A stretch of 63,031 bases of DNA, counting the filler, from Octopus bimaculoides (lineage: Eukaryota): assembly GCF_001194135.2 (NCBI RefSeq). It is 3 parts of 3 records of this genome, joined end to end, with 100 filler letters (N's around TTAATTAATTAA, not from the genome) between each part and the next. Parts side by side here need not be neighbours in the genome. Positions count along the whole stretch, not along the records: positions 1 to 31,834 come from NC_068996.1; 2 more parts are not named here. One strand, 5' to 3'. Positions 1 to 12,910 of the stretch are shown in pieces. The translations under genes and the position numbers were made by a program. Numbering within the stretch: the stretch's first letter is position 1; each line of letters opens with the position of its first letter. Under the pieces are notes generated by a model that was given only the letters and a program-made list of their open reading frames with translations, was not told the origin of the DNA and searched no databases.

Positions 1-35
1 TTGAACGATCCAAAGGGTATTCTGTTTGAGGAACA

Positions 36-67
36 TAATAATAATAATAGTAGTAGTAGTAGTAGTA

Positions 68-154
<87 letters not shown>

Positions 155-170
155 GTAGTAGTAGTAGTAG
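36..170. repeat. (AAT)n/(AGT)n compound microsatellite
   Basis: Direct reading of the sequence. Confidence 0.95.
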
Positions 171-579
171 ATAAATAAATAAAATGAAAAGGATGAAGTA
201 GAGAGAAGTGGTATAAAATTGCTGGAAGTTTCTCTTAGGATAATAGAGTGGAACGGTTATATTTTATAATTTATGAAAGCGAAAGTGTCACTTGGAAATA
301 ATTATGGCTATTCTTCTGCTTGGTACCCAATCTAAAATCAAACGTCAGTTTTAATGGAACAGTTAATTAACAAGCGTGGACTCCTACCTAGCTTTTGTAT
401 TTTTTTCACCAAAAGCTGTTGCAGTTGTTTGTTTGTTTTTATGGTCTGGGGTGAGAGGAGAGAATGAAGAGGGGGTGGAAGAAAAAGATGGAGGCGGATG
501 GTGGTTGGTGGGATACTAGGGAAAGGTTTGGGGACAGTTGTTTTTTTTCTAATTTATTTTTCTTTATTTTTGCTTCTTT

Positions 580-829
580 TTCTGTTCTTTTCACGTTGTT
601 GTCGTTGTTGTTGTTGTTGCGGTGGTGGTGGTGGTGGTGGTTATAGAGGTGCATTTGTTGTTGCTACTGTGTGAGTTGGTGGTGTAGTTGCTGTTGTTGT
701 AGCTTACGCTTTTGTGTTGTTGTTGGTAGTGGTGGTGGTCCTGATGGTAATGTTACTGGTGGTCATGTAGTCGTGCTGATGGTTGCAAAATTGAAGTAGT
801 AGTAGTAGTAGTAGTGGTGGTGTTTGTAT

Positions 830-863
<34 letters not shown>

Positions 864-882
864 GGTGTTTGTAGTTGTAGTT

Positions 883-934
<52 letters not shown>

Positions 935-1182
935 CGGCAGCGGTGGCAGTTGTGATGGTTGTGGTAATGGTAGTAGAGTAGCAGTAGTAGAAGTTGTAGT
1001 GGCGGTGGTGGTTATGGTAGTAGTGGTGGTGGTGTAGTGGTAGTGGTGGCGGTAGCAGTAGTAGTAGTAGTAGTTGTCATTGTAGCTTATGATTTTTGTG
1101 GCGGTAAAAAATATATAGCTATTTTTGTTTTTGTAACGGCTGCCATTTTACCTTTCTCTCTTTCTTTCTTGCTTGCTTGCTG

Positions 1183-1218
<36 letters not shown>

Positions 1219-1500
1219 TTTCTTTCTTTGGTACTAAGTGATTTTTTGTTCTTTTTGTAATCTGCTATACTGGAGCTAGTAAGTTTTGTTGTTACCTTTA
1301 TTATTGTGGCTTTTGTTGTTGTGGCTGCTGTTTTTGTGGTGGTGGTGGTGGTGGTCGTCGTCGTCGTAGCAGTGGAGGGGATGATGGTGGCGGTGGTGGT
1401 GCAGTTGTTGTTGTTGTTGGTGGTGGTAGCTGTTGTGGTAGTTGTGGCGGTGAAGATAGTGGGGAAGGTGTGGAGGTTGTTATTATTGTTGTTGTCATTG
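580..1500. repeat. Patchwork trinucleotide low-complexity tract (GTA/GTG/GTT) with a (TTTC)n insert
   Basis: Direct reading; the poly-V/poly-T ORFs here are translations of the repeat. Confidence 0.9.
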
Positions 1501-2175
1501 TTATCGGTGTTTTTTTTTTGCTTTGTTTTTGTTCTTGTCTTTTGTCCTAACTTCTTGAATTTTGTCTTGAACACTGACTATTTTTACAAGTCCAGTACCA
1601 TTCAGACAATACGCACACACACACATACACACACACATACACACACACACATACACACATACATACATACACGCGCATACATGCACACACACGCACACAC
1701 ACGCGCACACAACACATATTATAAAAAAGAAACAGAACAAAAGAACAAAAAAACAGACAACAAAAAACACTAATAATAGAAACTAAGAAAAGGTATATTC
1801 TTATTAGCATAAAAGGTGTACAAATAGGCTGGAAGGAGGTAGAACACATCAGGGGCTATTCACAAAGCAGACTCGTAAAAATGAATTGCAATAGCTCCAG
1901 GTTACAGTGTGGCTAAGGATGGTAATTGTAAACGAAGACAGGCACGGGGCATACGTCCACAATATAACAATAAAAAGACAAAATATAAAACGCCTGCAGT
2001 TTTAATCTATGATCTTCAAATAAGTATGAGTGCGTGTGTGTGTGTGTATGTGTGTGTGTTAGTATTTATGTGTGTAAGTGTGTATGCGTGTCTTTGTGTG
2101 TGTGTATGTGTGTTTTTTTGTGTGTGTATGTGTGTTTGTGTGCGCGGGTAAATATACAGATGTATATATATATAT

Positions 2176-2363
2176 ATATAAACATACATACGTATATACA
2201 CATGATATATACATATATGTATATAAACATACATACGTATATACACATGATATATACATATATGTATATAAACAAATATACGTATATACACATGATATAT
2301 ACATATATGTATATAAACATACATACGTATATACACATGATATATACATATATGTATATAAAC
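2176..2363. repeat. 45-bp minisatellite, about 4.2 copies
   Basis: Unit ATATAAACATACATACGTATATACACATGATATATACATATATGT starts at 2176, 2221, 2266, 2311 and 2356 (partial); ORFs show the matching 15-aa period. Confidence 0.9.
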
Positions 2364-2380
2364 GTATGTATATATATATA

Positions 2381-2600
2381 TTCGAAACGTCTAGATAGAA
2401 TAGAGACAGCTGATGAAGGGATATTCCAAGTGGCTTTCCGTTTTCCTATGTGTTCGTTCCGTTGTCTGTAGTTTATTGTTCTAACGTCCTGTACCTTGAT
2501 ATGCATGTATATACACATGTAGATGTAAGTATGTACATATATGTGTGTATACATGTATATATATTCTTTGTATTATTATATATATATATATATATATATA
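2381..2600 (+). mobile_element. Interspersed repeat family (other copies at about 22790-22915 on - and 53906-54100 on +), possibly PLE-derived
   Basis: Shared GTCCTGTACC..ATATGCA..TATAC..GTAGATGT.GGTATG body; this copy and the 53.9-kb copy carry a CTGATGAAGG motif. Confidence 0.55.
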
Positions 2601-3800
2601 TAANNNNNNNNNNNNNNNNNNNNNNNNNNNNNNNNNNNNNNNNNNNNNNNNNNNNNNNNNNNNNNNNNNNNNNNNNNNNNNNNNNNNNNNNNNNNNNNNN
2701 NNNNNNNNNNNNNNNNNNNNNNNNNNNNNNNNNNNNNNNNNNNNNNNNNNNNNNNNNNNNNNNNNNNNNNNNNNNNNNNNNNNNNNNNNNNNNNNNNNNN
2801 NNNNNNNNNNNNNNNNNNNNNNNNNNNNNNNNNNNNNNNNNNNNNNNNNNNNNNNNNNNNNNNNNNNNNNNNNNNNNNNNNNNNNNNNNNNNNNNNNNNN
2901 NNNNNNNNNNNNNNNNNNNNNNNNNNNNNNNNNNNNNNNNNNNNNNNNNNNNNNNNNNNNNNNNNNNNNNNNNNNNNNNNNNNNNNNNNNNNNNNNNNNN
3001 NNNNNNNNNNNNNNNNNNNNNNNNNNNNNNNNNNNNNNNNNNNNNNNNNNNNNNNNNNNNNNNNNNNNNNNNNNNNNNNNNNNNNNNNNNNNNNNNNNNN
3101 NNNNNNNNNNNNNNNNNNNNNNNNNNNNNNNNNNNNNNNNNNNNNNNNNNNNNNNNNNNNNNNNNNNNNNNNNNNNNNNNNNNNNNNNNNNNNNNNNNNN
3201 NNNNNNNNNNNNNNNNNNNNNNNNNNNNNNNNNNNNNNNNNNNNNNNNNNNNNNNNNNNNNNNNNNNNNNNNNNNNNNNNNNNNNNNNNNNNNNNNNNNN
3301 NNNNNNNNNNNNNNNNNNNNNNNNNNNNNNNNNNNNNNNNNNNNNNNNNNNNNNNNNNNNNNNNNNNNNNNTTTGTAAGTTACGGAGAAAGAGCGACTAT
3401 GAAAGTCTTTTACACAATAATAACTATATAATATTATATCATAATAATAATATATATACAACGATTTAAAGCAACATTTATCTAAACCATTGACTGAAAA
3501 ATGATGAGCTAACTCAGGCCAGAATCCAACCTACAAATCAACGCTTACAGGGTTCCGTGCGCATCCGATTGGGCCACTCACCCATTTAGTTCAGCCAAAT
3601 TATACGTATAGATACATAACTGTCTAATACTACATATAATATTTGTAAACAAACTCGAAAGCCATAAAAGCGTTGAATTGTGGTTTCGATTCTTGCCTGG
3701 GTTAGTTCATCATTTTTCAGTCAATCGTTTAGATAAATATTGCTTTAAATCGGAGTATACACATCATTATTATTATGATATATTATTATATAGTTATTAT

Positions 3801-3835
<35 letters not shown>

Positions 3836-4432
3836 NNNNNNNNNNNNNNNNNNNNNNNNNNNNNNNNNNNNNNNNNNNNNNNNNNNNNNNNNNNNNNNNN
3901 NNNNNNNNNNNNNNNNNNNNNNNNNNNNNNNNNNNNNNNNNNNNNNNNNNNNNNNNNNNNNNNNNNNNNNNNNNNNNNNNNNNNNNNNNNNNNNNNNNNN
4001 NNNNNNNNNNNNNNNNNNNNNNNNNNNNNNNNNNNNNNNNNNNNNNNNNNNNNNNNNNNNNNNNNNNNNNNNNNNNNNNNNNNNNNNNNNNNNNNNNNNN
4101 NNNNNNNNNNNNNNNNNNNNNNNNNNNNNNNNNNNNNNNNNNNNNNNNNNNNNNNNNNNNNNNNNNNNNNNNNNNNNNNNNNNNNNNNNNNNNNNNNNNN
4201 NNNNNNNNNNNNNNNNNNNNNNNNNNNNNNNNNNNNNNNNNNNNNNNNNNNNNNNNNNNNNNNNNNNNNNNNNNNNNNNNNNNNNNNNNNNNNNNNNNNN
4301 NNNNNNNNNNNNNNNNNNNNNNNNNNNNNNNNNNNNNNNNNNNNNNNNNNNNNNNNNNNNNNNNNNNNNNNNNNNNNNNNNNNNNNNNNNNNNNNNNNNN
4401 NNNNNNNNNNNNNNNNNNNNNNNNNNNNNNNN

Positions 4433-4735
4433 TGGCACACACCACATTCAAACGTGTGCACAGACATATAATCAGAATAGCTGGATGAGGTTTGTTTTCC
4501 ATGGGTTCGCATGTGAGATTTGAGGCCAGCCAAGGACAGACATGGTCTGTCACAGACTGTGCACACAAAAAGGTCCTTGTCATTCACCTTCTCAGTCTTT
4601 ACATTTTTCCTTAAATATCTCTTGAGCCCTGCTTGCATCATCCTGGCCTCTTCAAATGCTTTCACTCCACTCCACACCCTTGTTCGCCATCCAACTCGAT
4701 CTGAAGCGAGGACTTCTATATCTTTTGGAGCCATT
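4433..4735 (-). mobile_element. RTE-clade LINE, 5'-truncated 3' end of ORF2 with C-terminal C2H2 zinc finger
   Basis: Translation LASDRVGWRTRVWSG...KRYLRK...CTVCDRPCLSLAGLKSHMRTH matches the RTE DRxxWR...CxxC-x-GLxSHxRxH tail. Confidence 0.85.
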
Positions 4736-5132
4736 CATACATACATACATGCGTGTTGCACTCATGATTGCGAAACCGTGGTTTCGATTCCAGAACCGAG
4801 TAGTATTGTGTGCTTGAGCAAAATACTTCATTCCTAATACTGCAAAACGGTGTGGTAGAGATTACTCACTCAAAGCGCCGGCTGCTAAAACACCTGACTG
4901 GTGAGACAACTCACCCCAGATCCCATTCAGTAGAGATAGACATCGACGTATCGCCATTTTTGCGGCTTATCAAAACTACGTACCCGAACCGGATCGAAGG
5001 TGACTCATATCTCAAATCCACGACTTTTATTCATATCATGTGAAGACTATGTGCTGGTATGGCCGGACGGGCTTCTTTCAGTTTCCACCTGCCACATTCA
5101 CTCACAAGGCATCGGGCTCAGGGTTATAGTAG

Positions 5133-5195
<63 letters not shown>

Positions 5196-5200
5196 TACAA

Positions 5201-5646
5201 AATTGTTAAGCAGGACACCAAACATTAAGGCAAGGAAAACATCTCAAGTTGTATACAATTTTATTATAGAAAGAAATCCAAAATCTTACAGCTGTTTCTG
5301 AGATATCTTCTTTTTTATTTTTCCTGTTTCCTTTTTCTTTGCACCTAAGAACTCATGCTCTGGTTTCTATAACTTCGGAAAGTTGAACTATGAACTTTTA
5401 TGCTTCTTTTTTCTTCTTTCTTTCTATCTCCTTATTATTTTACTCCCTTCCTCTAATTCGTCATCTTATTAATATATAGCACTCTCATTTTCCCTTTTTA
5501 CCCTAGTTGTCTCTGATGACGGAATATCTCATATTCGGGAAAATCCCAGAAACAGCTGTAAGATTTTGAATTTCTTTCTGTAATAATATCGTATACAACT
5601 TGATATGTTTGTCCTGTCTTAATGTTTGCTGTCCTGTTTAACAATT
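5201..5646. mobile_element. Inverted-repeat element with ~105-bp arms; PLE-type inverted pseudo-LTR pair
   Basis: 5201-5305 is the reverse complement of about 5543-5646; the right arm overlaps an HHR and the left arm holds only the 3' half of that HHR. Confidence 0.75.
5509..5564 (+). ncRNA. Minimal type-I hammerhead ribozyme motif
   Basis: GTCT-CTGATGA-(stem II)-GAA-ACAGCTGT(palindrome)-A-AGAT; stem I GTCT/AGAT; GUA cleavage triplet. Confidence 0.65.
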
Positions 5647-5784
5647 ATATATCCGTTGCATCGGAAATCTGCAATGGCTCCATAACTAAAGTCTCGGCTA
5701 TAACCTTGGAGCCCCAGTAATCCGTTATAGCACTTACCTAGCGTACCTCATCGTTTAGATCACCTATGAACTAAATCCCTATAC

Positions 5785-5857
<73 letters not shown>

Positions 5858-5919
5858 TAAAAGCCAGTATTCTTTGATTTTATATCTATATAAACAAAAA
5901 GCAGCGTTCCAATAATATT

Positions 5920-6260
5920 TCCTATCCTATACTTGTTTCGGTCATTGGGTGGCGGTCATGCTGGGATCCCGCCTTTAAAGGTTTTTTAATCGAGCAAATC
6001 GACTCCAGTATTTATGTATGTACTTATTTTATCAGCCTCTTTTGCCGAACCATAATTTAACAAGCTCACGACGGTTTTCAAACGATGGTGGAGGACAAAC
6101 ACAATAACAAAGATATACACACACATATAGATATGTACTATACATATGTGTATGCGTGTCCACCAAATCCATTCATAAAGGCTTTGGTTCGCCTGACCGA
6201 ACTCGGAACTGTGTGGTCGGGAAGGAAATATCTTACTACATAGCCACACTTGCTCCTATT
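5920..6260 (-). mobile_element. tRNA-derived SINE family B (CORE-like), diverged
   Basis: Reverse complement of the same head, body and tail seen intact at 23903-24312. Confidence 0.75.
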
Positions 6261-6992
6261 AGTCAAAATTCTATTAACTACTCATAATCCAGTTGATCAT
6301 TGATTTTAACATAAATATGCATTTCTAGTCACGTGCGCTCTGTCTTCTGACCCCGAAATTTTTCTGTCAAAAACTCTAAACAGTTTTTATCTTTTTAAGT
6401 TTCTCACATAACGATTATGCTTATTTGCACGCTATCTTGTGACTTCCACACAATTTTCATCTGCTTTTTTTTTTATTGTCAAGCCTGCGGGAGTCACTGA
6501 ATACAAACGTATTCATACATTTGTAAAAATCTGAGAGAGCTACATATTCACCTTCACTATGAATTAATGATGTTTAAAACAAGTTAAATGGTGATCTTTT
6601 AAAAATATTTTTTACCACTTTCTTTTTCTTTTAATTTCATTTTCGACAATAAATTACGTTCACTTGTTATTTTAGGCGCGGTAGGAGATATCACTTTACT
6701 GAACGACATTTTGTTTTCAAACATATCTTTAAAAGTTATGGTACAGGCGTTATGTCTTTCGTACAAGCGCTATATTTTGCCTTATTTTCCCCAGAGTGTC
6801 TTCAAAAATTTTGAGTGCAAAGAATTTATAAAACAGCCCAGTTTGTAGGTAGTAACCTCAAGATTTAAGATAGTGATAACTTTTAAAAAGCCGTTTTACA
6901 TGTTCTAGGTAGCGTGTTAGCCGTCAAAAATTATGGGAATTATTTAAATATAGAAAAAATTATGCAAACATAATGCGTGTATGTGTGAGTAG

Positions 6993-7060
<68 letters not shown>

Positions 7061-7079
7061 NNNNNNNNNNGATAAACAT

Positions 7080-7128
<49 letters not shown>

Positions 7129-7231
7129 TAGGCAGACAGACAGACAATCAGAAAGACCGGCAATCAGACAGACAGGCAGGCAGACAGACAGATAGAGAGG
7201 GCATACATACGTATACTGTATGTATTTGCAC

Positions 7232-7269
<38 letters not shown>

Positions 7270-7489
7270 CATACATACATACATACATACATACATAAAT
7301 ACATGTTTGTATGCATGTATGTTCGTATGAATGCTTGTATGTACACGCTTGTGTGGTATTCTTACAGAATGAGAAAGAAACAGAACAAAATAGATCTTAT
7401 ATTGGAAGAGAATAAATGCAAGGATGTCATCTTGAGTTATATATGTAAAAGTAAGTCTCTTGAACATTACAGTTCGAGTCCTAAGACTT

Positions 7490-7660
7490 GTACGACCGGT
7501 TACTCGATTGGCATGGTGTATAAGTGACAGAGATCACAAAATTCCTCCTGAACGGAATGCCAATCCATAAACTTGAGCAGCATTCACCTGTAGCCCTAAG
7601 AATCACTCCAAATGCCAAACCTCACTACATGGTAAGCACGTCCTTACCATAGCTAGGACA
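7490..7660 (-). mobile_element. Degenerate V-domain-like SINE
   Basis: Reverse complement contains ATGGATTGGCATTCCGTTCAGG, resembling the V-domain GATGGACTGGCGTCCCGTCCAGGG. Confidence 0.4.
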
Positions 7661-7884
7661 TTATACCAGAGACCAGCTTTTCTCTTCAACCTCCAATAGC
7701 TGCTGATACTCTACACCTTTAGGGATCGTTATAATATTTTGTTATTAAAATTTATCTGCAGCAAATTGGCTATATTTCTGTAATACACAAAATATTTCAA
7801 CACTTTTGTCTATACAATTCCTAATATATAATTATAAAATATAATAAGATATTTTCAAAACATCAAATAGCAATGGAGTTTAAC

Positions 7885-8450
7885 AAAAATTGTTGAGAAA
7901 ATTGCTCTACACGTGTAAAGTGAGGCCCACAATGGAGTACTACAACCTCCCACCACACACACACACATGTCTCGGACAATGTTGCATGGCCATACACACG
8001 ATGGATGTTGAAAAACATCCAGAGAAGGGTCGCTATACTGATTGGTATACAATCATTAAGAGAAAACTTCAGCCTTTGGCCCACTAACGAGCTGTTCTTG
8101 GCTGGAATTTTTTACTATTGCTACCATAATAGTCTCTGGTCCTAGGAGCTGGCTGGTCTTGTAATACCTCCCACCACCATGCAAACACCCTCCGATGCCC
8201 TCGTCACAACAAATCTTGTCACCTTTGGTGCCTCCAGCCCTTGATTTGTCCGCTCTAACCATTTGCTCAATCCCTCACCCAGAATATCATTCAGGAATCT
8301 CCTCCATTTTTATGTATTTCTTCCTGCAGGTGTTGACCAAGTTCGATAAAAACATTTAACAGTATTAATCTTACGAGTTGTCAGAGAACCTACAACAGTC
8401 ATGGGCTATGTCCCTTCTTCCAGACTCAACGAGTAAAAAAGATAAAAATG
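7885..8450 (+). mobile_element. CR1/L2-group LINE 3' fragment (post-RT region plus 3'UTR), frameshifted
   Basis: LLYTCKVRPTMEY (cf. LYKAQVRPxMEY), LQPLAH and ELAGL motifs. Confidence 0.75.
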
Positions 8451-9526
8451 TGAACAAAAGGAATAGGCTAATAGAGAGAGAGAGAGGGGACGAGAGAGAG
8501 AGAGAGAGAGAGAGAGAGCGTAACAGGGACACAAAGAACGATTCTCAAGTGGTAGATCAAAAGACAGTTTTCTAATTAGAAGTGGATAAAGGTTACAAGT
8601 GGGGTTAGTCGAAAAAGAGAAGAAAACGTTTTTCAGCAACAGGAAGAAAAGGAGAGAGAAAGGGGGGATGGAGGAGGAAGGAGAGAGCGAGAGAATGACA
8701 AAGAGAAAGAGCAAAGAAGGCAGTACATTGGACAAAGAAAGATGAAAAAGTTAAGACTTTCCACGTTTCGTCTCCACTTGTCGCTCTTCATGTTGCAGTT
8801 GCGAAAAAGAGAATGAATATGGATCACACATACAAACACACACACACACACATACACACATGCTCACACACACATGCTCACAAGCACGCGCACACGCATG
8901 CATACGCCTATATATACACACATACATTGCACAAACATACACAGAAACGTGCAAACAAGCGAATATATGTACATACATGCATACATACGAATATAATTGT
9001 GTGTGTATACATACATACGTTATATATANNNNNNNNNNNNNNNNNNNNNNNNNNNNNNNNNNNNNNNNNNNNNNNNNNNNNNNNNNNNNNNNNNNNNNNN
9101 NNNNNNNNNNNNNNNNNNNNNNNNNNNNNNNNNNNNNNNNNNNNNNNNNNNNNNNNNNNNNNNNNNNNNNNNNNNNNNNNNNNNNNNNNNNNNNNNNNNN
9201 NNNNNNNNNNNNNNNNNNNNNNNNNNNNNNNNNNNNNNNNNNNNNNNNNNNNNNNNNNNNNNNNNNNNNNNNNNNNNNNNNNNNNNNNNNNNNNNNNNNN
9301 NNNNNNNNNNNNNNNNNNNNNNNNNNNNNNNNNNNNNNNNNNNNNNNNNNNNNNNNNNNNNNNNNNNNNNNNNNNNNNNNNNNNNNNNNNNNNNNNNNNN
9401 NNNNNNNNNNNNNNNNNNNNNNNNNNNNNNNNNNNNNNNNNNNNNNNNNNNNNNNNNNNNNNNNNNNNNNNNNNNNNNNNNNNNNNNNNNNNNNNNNNNN
9501 NNNNNNNNNNNNNNNNNNNNNNNNNN

Positions 9527-9569
<43 letters not shown>

Positions 9570-10394
9570 TGTATACTTATGTGTATGTATGTATGTATGT
9601 ATGTATGTATATAAACACACACATATATAGATATGTATGTGTATACGTATGATTAGATGTATCTATATACATTTATATACATACATGCATACAAACATAC
9701 ACACACACACACACACACACACATACATATCCTTAATAACGGGTTTCCACTTCTTCACAGTGGGGAGGTCCGTTTAGTGGTCAGACGGTGTGATCCCTGC
9801 AATGGAGACTAAAAGTCTGCTCAAAAGAATGTGGCTTTGTATATCTGGCCAGGTCAAGCTAATGAACCCTTATGTCCCAGCGGGTATCTCCTACCTTTCC
9901 AGCATCTTTCTCAGTTTTGTTCTGCTTGCTTGCTAACGTTATAAGTTTCTGTCCTGAAACAACCAGAGCGTGACTTCTTGATTCCGTCGTCGTCTTCTTC
10001 TTCTTCGTCTTCTCCTCCTCCTCCTCCTCCTCCTCCTCCTCCTTCTTCTTCTTCTAGTTCTCCTTCTTCTTCTTCTTCTTCTTCTTCTTCTTTTTCCTTC
10101 TCTTTCCATTTATTTTTCTCTCTTTCTTCTCTTCTTTTTTTTTTCTGCGCTTCATATTTACGCTTTCCGTCTTTCTAGCAAAGAAACAGATCTGCACCCC
10201 CCCACACACACTTATATTCAAGTATTAAACAAAGAATTCGCTGATGTTAGAAATCAATATGTTAAAGTAGAAAATAATTTATTGATAATATATATTGATT
10301 CCAAGATGACTGATAGTTTTGCTTTTTTGGTCAATTCAACGAAGGCTTACTTGAAAAGGACATCAAGGAAAAACCTGAAGTTGATGCAAAATTT

Positions 10395-10492
10395 ACCAAC
10401 CACATGGTTCCGGGTTCAGTCCCACTGCGTGGCACCTTGGGCAAGTGTCTTCTACTATAGCCTCGGGCCGACCAAAGCCTTGTGAGTGGATT
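10395..10492 (+). mobile_element. SINE family B head/core running into a gap
   Basis: CCACATGGTTCCGGGTTCAGTCCCACTGCGTGGCACCTTGGGCAAGTGTCTTCTACTATAGCCTCGGGCCGACCAAAGCC: B-box plus CORE-like CCTTGGGCAAGT. Confidence 0.9.
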
Positions 10493-11235
10493 NNNNNNNN
10501 NNNNNNNNNNNNNNNNNNNNNNNNNNNNNNNNNNNNNNNNNNNNNNNNNNNNNNNNNNNNNNNNNNNNNNNNNNNNNNNNNNNNNNNNNNNNNNNNNNNN
10601 NNNNNNNNNNNNNNNNNNNNNNNNNNNNNNNNNNNNNNNNNNNNNNNNNNNNNNNNNNNNNNNNNNNNNNNNNNNNNNNNNNNNNNNNNNNNNNNNNNNN
10701 NNNNNNNNNNNNNNNNNNNNNNNNNNNNNNNNNNNNNNNNNNNNNNNNNNNNNNNNNNNNNNNNNNNNNNNNNNNNNNNNNNNNNNNNNNNNNNNNNNNN
10801 NNNNNNNNNNNNNNNNNNNNNNNNNNNNNNNNNNNNNNNNNNNNNNNNNNNNNNNNNNNNNNNNNNNNNNNNNNNNNNNNNNNNNNNNNNNNNNNNNNNN
10901 NNNNNNNNNNNNNNNNNNNNNNNNNNNNNNNNNNNNNNNNNNNNNNNNNNNNNNNNNNNNNNNNNNNNNNNNNNNNNNNNNNNNNNNNNNNNNNNNNNNN
11001 NNNNNNNNNNNNNNNNNNNNNNNNNNNNNNNNNNNNNNNNNNNNNNNNNNNNNNNNNNNNNNNNNNNNNNNNNNNNNNNNNNNNNNNNNNNNNNNNNNNN
11101 NNNNNNNNNNNNNNNNNNNNNNNNNNNNNNNNNNNNNNNNNNNNNNNNNNNNNNNNNNNNNNNNNNNNNNNNNNNNNNNNNNNNNNNNNNNNNNNNNNNN
11201 NNNNNNNNNNNNNNNNNNNNNNNNNNNNNNNNNNN

Positions 11236-11282
<47 letters not shown>

Positions 11283-11669
11283 TCGATAGATAGATAGATA
11301 GATAGATTGACATGTATAGGCACAGGAATGACTGTGAGGTGAGAAGTTTGTTTCCCAACCATATATATGGTTCCAAGTTCAAGTCCCACCGGGCCCACCA
11401 CTCGTTGAGGTTACGAGTGGATATTGTTGTCAAAAACTGAAATAAGTCCGTCGTGTGTGTGTGTACGTGTGTGCGTGTGTGTATTAATGCTAACTTTTAT
11501 GTTATAATAAAAACAATTTTATCCCAATTCGAAAGACTACTCAATACATTTGGTAGAGTACAAGAATAGTATTGATAGTGATGACCAGCTAAGCCATTAC
11601 CAGACTGTCCATTCATGGCTTAGCTGACCTATACTTCGAAGTCACTCTCAATACTATTTCTGTTAAAGG

Positions 11670-11709
<40 letters not shown>

Positions 11710-12719
11710 NNNNNNNNNNNNNNNNNNNNNNNNNNNNNNNNNNNNNNNNNNNNNNNNNNNNNNNNNNNNNNNNNNNNNNNNNNNNNNNNNNNNNNNNNNN
11801 NNNNNNNNNNNNNNNNNNNNNNNNNNNNNNNNNNNNNNNNNNNNNNNNNNNNNNNNNNNNNNNNNNNNNNNNNNNNNNNNNNNNNNNNNNNNNNNNNNNN
11901 NNNNNNNNNNNNNNNNNNNNNNNNNNNNNNNNNNNNNNNNNNNNNNNNNNNNNNNNNNNNNNNNNTATATCCTTTTTTTCGACAGGTGTTCATAACACGA
12001 AACTCATCGATACAAGGGTTATTCACATATCGTGTTGTTTAGACCTTAATGTATCTGTTTTCAGTCAGAGCTACCCGGACCGACGAAGCTAACAAATATT
12101 TCATGCCAGATGACAGGCAAAACAACAGCGATAAGATATTCACATTCGAATATAACAAATCGAATCGAGAATGAATAGATACGTTATTAAATAAATTTAT
12201 ATATGTATTAAGAACATAGTTTTGACTTCTAAGCCTGTTCTGATAAAGCAAACTTATGATCAAAGATATGCCAGCTTTGACTGACCCAATTTTTATTAAA
12301 AGAAGAATGTGTCTAGAACTACAACTAATGTATCCTTCATTACTGTTGTTGTTGTTGCTGTTGATGTTATTTTGCCCCAGATCAGTTCCTAACCAACATT
12401 TCTACGATCAAAAGCTTTTCAACTATCACTATGCAATCGTTTATTCAGACATGGCGTATCTAGGAATACAATGTAGAATGTGTCATTACATTTTTCAAGA
12501 TAGTGGTAAGTGTTCTAAAATAGATTTAGTTTCTATTTTCTTCACGGGATACAACATAAGCCGCCTATACCTGGATACATTCTCAATCAATGACAATTGC
12601 CTACTTGAATAGGCCATGATTCCAAAAAACCCGACTTTAAAATGACTTAACAGAATATATGAGGTGGTGCGGTTATGTTAGTTATGGCCTGGTTAATTTT
12701 GACCGAAACATATCAGAAG

Positions 12720-12910
12720 ACTCTGGCTCAGTAATAATAATCTTTACCCTAAACAGAAAATTGGAATTATTCTTCAAAATTTCACTGGAAATTTGATTTA
12801 CCGACCCCAAGTGGGTGAAAGGTAATGTTACCCTCGGTGCGGTGTGAACATAGAATATAAAGGATTGTAACTAAATACCGTAAGGCATTTTGCCCAACAT
12901 CTGATTAGTT
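12720..12910 (-). mobile_element. SINE family A, degraded
   Basis: Reverse complement resembles the intact family A copies at 17372, 46748 and 60405. Confidence 0.6.

Noticed and set aside
439-2554. Numerous low-complexity ORFs (poly-V/T, YI/CV repeats)
   Set aside because: Translations of microsatellites; no domain-like content.
3515-3585. tRNA-like sequence on the minus strand
   Set aside because: Only eroded A/B-box resemblance, no cloverleaf; at best a SINE-head relic.
6676-6850. Possible exon after TTTTAG with two moderately long open frames
   Set aside because: No recognisable motif and no convincing donor.
12065-12174. RATRTDEANKYFMPDDRQ... candidate last exon
   Set aside because: No homology recognised and no partner exon; it also contains an HHR-like CCGACGA relic, so it may be repeat-derived.
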